From positions 15,066,001-15,130,000 of the forward strand of contig CM120649.1 of NCBI GenBank assembly GCA_051362555.1: a DNA stretch of 64,000 nucleotides. The letters are read 5' to 3'. The notes beneath the pieces were generated by a model. The model saw only the letters and a program-made list of their open reading frames with translations, had not been told where the DNA came from and made no database searches. This DNA is from Lingula anatina. Lineage: Eukaryota > Animalia > Brachiopoda. Shown here piece after piece: positions 38,592 through 64,000 of the stretch. Position 1 is the first letter of the stretch; every line of letters begins with the position of its first letter. A program made the position numbers and the translations under genes.

Positions 38592-40503
38592 CATATACTA
38601 GCACAAGCTTGACAAGAGAAAATACAACAAAAGCATACATACGCGTTATCACAAAGAAGATGTAGGCGGCTAAGGCTAGCGATGCAAATAACTGTAAAAA
38701 ATAGGAAATTATACATTATATATATATTTGCAATGTACATGTATATAAGTTTTCTATTGAGCTAGTGGCACGATTAATATTATATGCCTTTGCCTTTGCG
38801 TGAACAGTAGCGTGTGCGCACACGTAGGTGTAACTATTAGAATCCATGGGTGCATTAAAAATAAATACATATTTTTAAAAAGCGCTGTTAATAATTATTG
38901 ATGTTGAAAAATCCAAAAGGCAAAACCACAATAATACAGAGAACAAGCAAATTTGGGTGGGGATCACTTTTTCAAAGAGTGAGTAATCACAATTAACAAT
39001 TGGCGGGAAACGCCTTTAATACTAGGCGTGGCCGTTTCAGAAGGTGACAAAATTCTACTTGTTTAAGTATTGTGCAATAGGTCATACTAAGACGTATTTG
39101 TCTAACGGATTACGTAACTGCACGTCTGGGTAAACAGGAGTAGGTCTAGGTGTTGGTGTTTAGTGCTTTATATCACTGGTCTGTGTGACAGGTATATACT
39201 TAAACCTTGAACTGTTGGCAAATAATGCACTATCGAATAAATTTGTCGTCAAATTTCTAAAGCTGACCTATTTTTAGGCATACCTTAGAGACAGGAACAA
39301 TGGGGAAGACTCCATGTAGTATATTGATCTGTATGGGCAAATGGCGTAAATGTATGAGCTAGTGTGGGTTATTCCATTGTGAAGGATCGGAAAGAGCCTT
39401 AAATTACTCATGGACCTAATGAATTACTACAGTAATTAGGGCCATGAATTACTACAGTATTTCTTGCATTTTTCTGTATCTACTGTAGCATAAGTGCACA
39501 ATGTTCGAAGCATGTGCACAATTTGTGAGATTTTGGCCAGAGGGGACGCGTCAAGCCCTCATCCAGATTGTCAAATGTCAAATATATACAATATGATCCA
39601 AATTAAAACCCAACCACATGGATGTACGTGCATGTTTATATACCTATATGGAAATGTCCGTACTTTATGCATGGGCGATGAGCACACACGAGTCTGTACT
39701 TTTTAACGCAAAATCAGCCAATTTACTAAAGATAGGTGTACAATTTACAATAAACTGAGGGATCAACCACCGTTTAATAACCCTATATGATTTAATACTA
39801 GGGGCTACATGTACCTTATCTAAGTGTGGATCTAAACATTGACATACATGTAAATTGTTGCTTTGGGGCATAAAATGGAATGTGTATATACATGTACATT
39901 GTACATTGGCGTGAAGTTACTTGGCCAAAGTATTTCGTATATAAACTGTGTATTCATGTAGTTTTCCCAATGGTTCGCATTTTATATGTGCGTATGTTGA
40001 AAGACGGGGAAATGCAGCCACACCCTGGGAAACCTTAGCTACCAGTCGGCCTTGTTCGTGGAGCCTGGGGATTTGAACCAGCAACTTAATAAATGGTGGA
40101 ATCTTAAAATGGTCCTGGTGGTACCTAATAAACTTGAAGTACTTGCGCTACATTTGTGAAATATAAAACATTTTCATGGCCGTAGGTTTACCCTTTATAC
40201 AAGTACATGTAGATCCGCACGTGTGCATTAATATTTCTCCCATAATATTCAAATTAATGGAGGTGTTAACAAAGGAGAATGAATTAAGAAGTACAATTAC
40301 TAACGTGAGACGTAACCTGTATACATATATATAGAACTCTATGAAGCAGTCAAAACAACTCCAAATCAATCATAGACTGTACTGTGAAAAGGAGACTCAT
40401 GAAGTTAAACTTAAAGGTCTATACATGTGGTACCTACCAATCCCCATACACCGCTGAATACACTCCCCGTACGTAAGCTACAGCAGCAACAACACGTCTT
40501 CAT
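36314..40503 (-). CDS. Four-TM LAPTM4/DUF4728-like membrane protein, paralogue C (~263 aa)
   Basis: Exons 40503-40438, 38691-38643, 38254-38094, 37580-37475, 37307-37249, 36972-36910, 36601-36314; same phases. MKTCCCCCSLRTGS..., KNRWCLVPW, IYALICVGFYFREL, long Tyr/Gly/Gln-rich tail ending YEYDYNKRY*. Confidence 0.9.
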
Positions 40504-43500
40504 CTTGGTAGCGTGTGCTCTTCTCTACCCTCGGATGCGCCAACAAGTATCAGACAGAAACGACTCCAAGTCCTGTAATAAGACTCTCGAGATGACTGGC
40601 CAAATTCGATGCTTGTTCTTCGAAACTCACTCGACTAGCCACTAATGTGTGAAATTTCTCCCAGATTTCAAACTTCCGAATTAAGTTGCTGTAGGTGGCT
40701 AAGAAGACTGTACCTTCCAAGTTTCAGGTACCTCACAGCCGCTGCTTGGTGTGACGCAGTTAGAGTACTTAGATGTATAGTAACGCTATCCAAGGCGAGT
40801 GCTGAGAGTCATTCTAGCACAAAGACTGGTGGCACACAACAGTAGATCCTTAAACTCTCCCCTCTCAGCGCTGTCTTATATGATTATTTACACCTTCTTT
40901 TGGTCTGTACACACAAATGTTACACACGTGGATGTGTATACAGTGTAATAACTATCCATAAAACCCCTGTCTATCTGTCCCCGCTATGAAGACGCTCGTG
41001 GCAAGAACTTCAAGGTGAAAACGATGTCCGGGTTATGTAGGTGTCAGCACAAGTGAGTACACGCCCGAAATATCACCCAGTTTAATAAAGCATGACACAG
41101 GTGAGGGGACGGGTTAAGTCAATACGACGTCCGCGCCATGAGTTATTTGTATTGTTTGTTCTCAGTGGCACCTTATAGCCAATACAATGTGTTGTCTTAA
41201 TGCACCGCTTAACACATTGTGTTTTCTGAATTGAATAATAACAAGGTTAGCTCATGTATTGCCAGGTCATCGTTTTACTATGCATATGCATATACAGGGG
41301 TACCTGTACATGTTCGTTTATATGGAGCGATTCCCTATTATTTTCATCAGTCGATACTATGCTCCTTCGAATCCATCACGCATGGGTATTCTCCTAGTAC
41401 AAAATATATCTGATTTTCCCTCTGTTTAATCATTGCTTTAATTTTCTGTTTTACAACTTATATTCAGTGAAGCATTACAGACGTTCTCTTTCAATTAATG
41501 TTGATTTTTTTATTGTACGGAATACATGTACGTTTTGCAATTCTTTTTCACAAAAAATCAATGTTTTATTTCGTCTGTTTCAAAGAGGTGGCTAAATGGC
41601 TAATGACTGAAATAAAGATGTGTTTATAATTTTTCTCAGCTTGTTTACAATGTAATCCTGTTTACCGCCTCATTTGGAGTATGCCGAAATGTACCCCCTG
41701 AAACCTTAATCGTTTGAAATGGACCTTATCCCGAAAAATTACCCTTTTCCCTTATATCTCGGTTTCCTCTCTCCCTTTATCAATTGCATCACAGGCAATT
41801 ACATGTAAAAGTTTACGACCATCTCTTGACCTAGACAATGGTGTGTTACACTTGACAAAAAATTGAAATAAAATTAGCAGCTCCTCGACCACCGGCCTTG
41901 AGATTTTACAATAGGATGGGGAAATACGGGTTATTATTTTCGACAATAATGATGGTATTTTTTATTATTATTATTATTATTATTTTTTTTTTTTGGATGA
42001 TTTCTGATAAAATCCGTGACATTGCACATCATAGGAGGACCCAGTGAGGAAAGAGAGAGAGAGGAGCGTAGAAAACCGAGGATCGAGATTTTCCCGTTCA
42101 CATGGTATAGTGGACCCTACAGACTTCAGTCAGGTTTTCAGTCAAATCCTACAATAGTTTGTTTACCCAATGTGCTAATACGATGCACATAATCGTGTTT
42201 ATTAAATGACACCTCGAACTTTATTTTTTGGCTTAATTCTTATCGATAAAATAAAGAAAAAACAAACTGACTACTACATTGCGATATAGAAGCCAGTGTT
42301 GTCTTCGCTGACACATTTAATAAGGGCTGTAACGTAAACTCGTACTCCCCCCAACATTATTCAATATGTTACTGCTCACTTCCCTTGTTATGAAAAGTAG
42401 TCATATATCTTGCTATTGTTGGAGACAATGTAATTATAATAAAGTACATTATTTATAGCTTATATTATGCCTGTTGATGACAAAAATTTGAGAAACCATT
42501 GTAAAGGGGTTTAAGGGCTGCTTTGCTGCTGATATCAATTACTGGGGGGTGATCGAAAGCAAAACTAAACCGATAAAAAAACAACCCAATCAAACTGCAG
42601 AGAATATTCACATTTATACAACATACTTTATTACAAATCGGCGAAATTGTACATACAAATGTAAAATCCAAGGAAATTTATATAGTGTTAAAATTTCAAA
42701 TGGTATAATGTTTGAATAGATCAAATAAAGCTACGGACTGACCTGGTTTCAATTCTCTTTCGTTCGCATAGTGCAAATGCCACAAAAAATAATGACATTC
42801 GGTTGTACGGGTTTTATAAAGTATTTAGACAGCTATCGTGACCACAAACATTAGTTAGCCAAACGTTTTGTACTTGAACTACTAAAAGGGCACTCGCATC
42901 AAATGTCGCGTGAGAAATAACAACAGTACCGAATGAGTTCTAACGGCAAACATACATGTGTGCATCTGCTTACCCTCTCCCAAGGCCGCATATTAATAAT
43001 GTGCACTTTTCTCACCTAAGACATCTGTATATATGTAGTGCAAAAATTGATCTGTGATCCTGGTAGAGAGTGTAGACTTCTGATCAAAACATACTAATAA
43101 TAAATGACTAAGTTTCCTACCATGTGCGCACAAATGTACTTCGTAAGTGAGTAATAATCTTTAAAGTCGATTAGAGCAAAATTTCCTACTAATATACAAT
43201 GTACTAGTAGTCGATACCAATGGATATTTCAGTTTATGAAAAATATCTCGCTTCAAGTAATAAAGAGAATTAGAGTGTATGCTGCCAGGGAAATTTTCTG
43301 CACAATGTTACATTTGTTTTACATGTACCACTCAAACAGCAAACTTACAAATATTTCAAAATACCTATATAAGATCCCGATTATACAAATATTGAAAAAA
43401 AAAACATTAAGAAAATATGGAAGTTTTGATTTATGAAAGAGTAATAATGGGTAAACTTTGATAAATCCTACAAATCACTGCAGACAAGAATACTATACCA

Positions 43501-45135
43501 ATTCCATAAATTTCTACTCAAAAGTTAAGCAATACGTGGTCCCCATTTGATGAATGAAATATAAGATTTGGTCAGAGTTTATTGGTGACAAAGGGTCCTT
43601 TAGTCTAGGTATTGTCTAAAAACGTTATTTCAATGAAGACATACATATTTGGGGTTTAATCTGATTCTGGTTTAACACGGGTACTGTCGGGTATAAATCT
43701 TGTGAGATCTTAGGTTTAAGACTTTCACGTACCTGTAGAATCACGTCACTGATGTTAAGTAAGTCTATCATAAGTATTCTGTCTTTGTTTTGGAAATGAA
43801 CAGGCTAATATATGTAAAAACCATGTTCCTGACCAAAAATCACTTGTACGTACTAAATTGCCGTGTTTGCCAACATCATTCTTGTATTGAAAGAAAATAA
43901 ACAGAAAAACCTGAAAATAAGAAAATTTTAGTCCCTATATCATACAAAAAGTATATCCAAGAATATATCATCCAAAAATTGATCAGATATGGGTTGTTCC
44001 CTAAAAAACGCTTCCTTAAAATGCGTTATACAGGAAATCCAAATCACTGTACGGCCAAACACTCATACATAAGACTAATCCAAAAACAAAAAAATATGCT
44101 TGTATAAAACTTTCACCTAACTCAAAAGGTTCGTTGTAATGGTCTGTTTGAGTTTGGGAAATGATTAAGGTAGTTTCTAAAATATACATTAAATAAAATT
44201 AAGTAAATGCAGCTGCTATTTGGAAAGTTGAAGCACCATAAAAAATCTTTACACAGAAGATTATCGTCTGCAGTTAACAATCTATGTGACAAGATGGGCA
44301 AATAACGATGAATGAGATTTCGGGTACATATTTAGATCTTAAAAGTAAAAACAATCATAGATGGGTCATCTTACGGTCTAATGAATTCTGACTACGCTTG
44401 CTCATAAAGGTAAGGTTAATTTTTTCATTTTTCATTTTCAGAACACTGTTAACTTTCAGTCGGTCTGTCACCCAAACTGCCGTGTGCACATATATACATG
44501 TACTTTTTATAAAGAACTTCTTAAATCGTTTAAACAACCTATATCTACGTTACCCATCAATAAAAAAAACTAGCTGTATGTCTGACATAAATGTCGCCTA
44601 CTACACCTTAAAAGTTTCTCAAATCCACTAAAATGGCCACTCCAAAAACATATAAACCAACAACCAAGCAAACATTGCCCTTTTACGATAAGTACCATAC
44701 GTCCTTGTGTACCTACAACTGTATACACACCAAAGCGAATTCACATCAAATTGAAGATCATGTAGAAATCTCCCAATCAGAAAGAGATCACTGACGTCAC
44801 TGCTTAGGGATAAGTACTACCTTAGTTCACTCCTCATATGGTGTTGTATCGAAGTTGACCGAATGCTACCGGGCGCCCACACAAACGGCAGATGATTGTT
44901 TTACAATGAAAATGACTGACTAATACATGTTCTTTGGGGGAACAAAATTCTGGCTGAAAATTACCAATAACTTGTATTCACTTTCCACAGTTTATAAACT
45001 ATTACTCGTGATTTGTGTGTGAAGTAAGTGTAAAAATTAACCGAAGACTCAATCTGCTTCAATCAGTAGGCTTATTACGTACGACAACTTAACCAGACGT
45101 AACGTCATGTGATATCCATCTTAACTACCCGGATG

Positions 45136-62432
<17,297 letters not shown>

Positions 62433-63610
62433 TTTTGGAGTTTTGTCGTTGACTTCGTAGTAGTAGTGGTAGTAGTGGTAGTATTAGTAGTAGTGGTAGT
62501 AAGATTGGAATATTGTCACTCACTGCACGGCGTCGTCCGCTTTGTTGGATCGCGCTGTTGTCCTACGTATGCTAATAATATTATTAACAAGGCGGGAAGA
62601 GCGCTGGATGCTGAGCGACGTTCTCCTTTACAGAGCCTCGTTTTAGCGTCAAAGAATTTATTGTGTGGGTATTGAATGTGAGGTTGCTACCTTGCGTCGT
62701 CTGCTGACCTAGCGGCGACCCATCACGTGACGATCCGTTTTCAACCATCATGAACAATCAATAATAACTGTTGTAGGTTTTAATGTCAGAGCAGCAAATT
62801 AAAATAGCCTGCGCTATTGTTTAGAGGCTTCAGAAATGACAAAGCAGCAATACATATATGCCTTCTACACTATTAACGCGTCCTGCCAACGAGCGTAAGG
62901 TGAAAATGAAGGCTAAGGCATGATGAAGTTGTCGATAGAAAAATGCAGGCGAAGACATATGGTAATTGACTGTTTGAAATGGTACAAAAGCAATTAGAAT
63001 TCCCTGTACTGTTGTCTGCAGGCATGCGATATGTCAATGCGGGAACCTGTATTCAGTATTTTTTTAATCCTCGACCTTTACCGAAGATTCAGTTGCTGTA
63101 GGGCGTGGAACGAGCTTTATTGACGGATGTTATAGGATTATTCTTTATGTGTGTCTCGTGAAGTTTACTTTTCCTCTGTTCCAGATATAGCTATAATTGT
63201 CAGGTTGTGCAAATAAACATCTGATAGACAAATAGTAAAGGCTAGTGTGCTCATTTAAATGCAGAAAAGGGTATGGAGCGTTTAGCCCCCCCCCCCCCTC
63301 CCCCCATAAAAAAGAAATTAAAATTGAGAAAATGAAATTAGAAAATAAAAAAAATCTTCTCACTAGCCTATCCCCGGTGCCATAACCCTGGATTCGTTAC
63401 TAATCAACTTCAGAACAGCGTACTAATGGTTCCACGGATCAAATATGGCGACCCACTAAAAGCTTGTTGCTTAACTCCCAATAAAACACTGAAAAGATTC
63501 CCCACGGGGATTACGCAACAGGCATTTTAAGTGGGTCGGCCATATTTGAACTGCATATCTGTTCTGAATGCGCTGTTATGTGACAGTCTGCAAGTATCCA
63601 GACCATATCA

Positions 63611-63780
63611 TATGGGGCGGATTTAGGGCGTCTTCTGGGTCTTCCGGAAGACGGTCAGATTTTCAAGTTTACATTAGCGGGTATCTAATTTTTTCTGTCG
63701 GAAGACGGTCAAAAATGAAGAACGGATCAACAAAGATAATTTGGAAGACTGTCAGGAAATATCTCTGGATCCGCCCCATA
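63611..63780. mobile_element. MITE with TATGGGGCGGAT...ATCCGCCCCATA termini
   Basis: 12-bp perfect terminal inverted repeats and an internal cggaagacggtca repeat. Confidence 0.65.
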
Positions 63781-64000
63781 TTATGTCTTTCCGTCCCTGC
63801 CCCTCCCCCCACTCCTTTTAATACAACTCTCACTCTGACAGAGGGCCCAGGTAAAAACAGACGAGTACTGACGACGTCTCGTTGCAGGGTTCGGTCCCCA
63901 AATCTCCGTTTTCTATGAAGGCCTCCAGGTGCACTCATGGAAATATGGTTTTCCGTGTATAGTTGTACCTGAATACCCGAGTGTGAGTCATCGATTATTA

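Noticed and set aside
40000-40090. tRNA B-box-like sequence (GGTTCAAATCCC on the minus strand); similar at ~5442
   Set aside because: No cloverleaf; at most a decayed SINE fragment.

Overview
AT-rich, intron-rich animal genomic DNA (invertebrate-like, possibly molluscan; the taxon cannot be proven from this window). Most short ORFs in the six-frame track are noise. By walking splice sites by hand I reconstructed six multi-exon genes. (1) A 9-coding-exon minus-strand gene (3827-69, ~345 aa) whose product has the rare tetherin/BST2-like topology: N-terminal cytosolic tail, type II TM helix, long N-glycosylated coiled coil and a C-terminal GPI-signal-like tail. NF-kB-like and IRF/ISRE-like motifs lie upstream. 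(2) A divergently oriented plus-strand gene (13542-16766, ~727 aa) with no signal peptide and a C-terminal trypsin-like (Nal1/Ssy5-type) serine protease domain with an intact H-D-S triad. (3-6) Four tandem minus-strand paralogues of a 7-exon, four-TM LAPTM4/DUF4728-like family (19662-62432), with identical intron phases but divergent Tyr/Pro-rich tails. The window also holds a complete but defective DD34E Tc1 transposon, a 2.7-kb foldback-like inverted satellite element, several MITEs, local duplications and micro/minisatellites.
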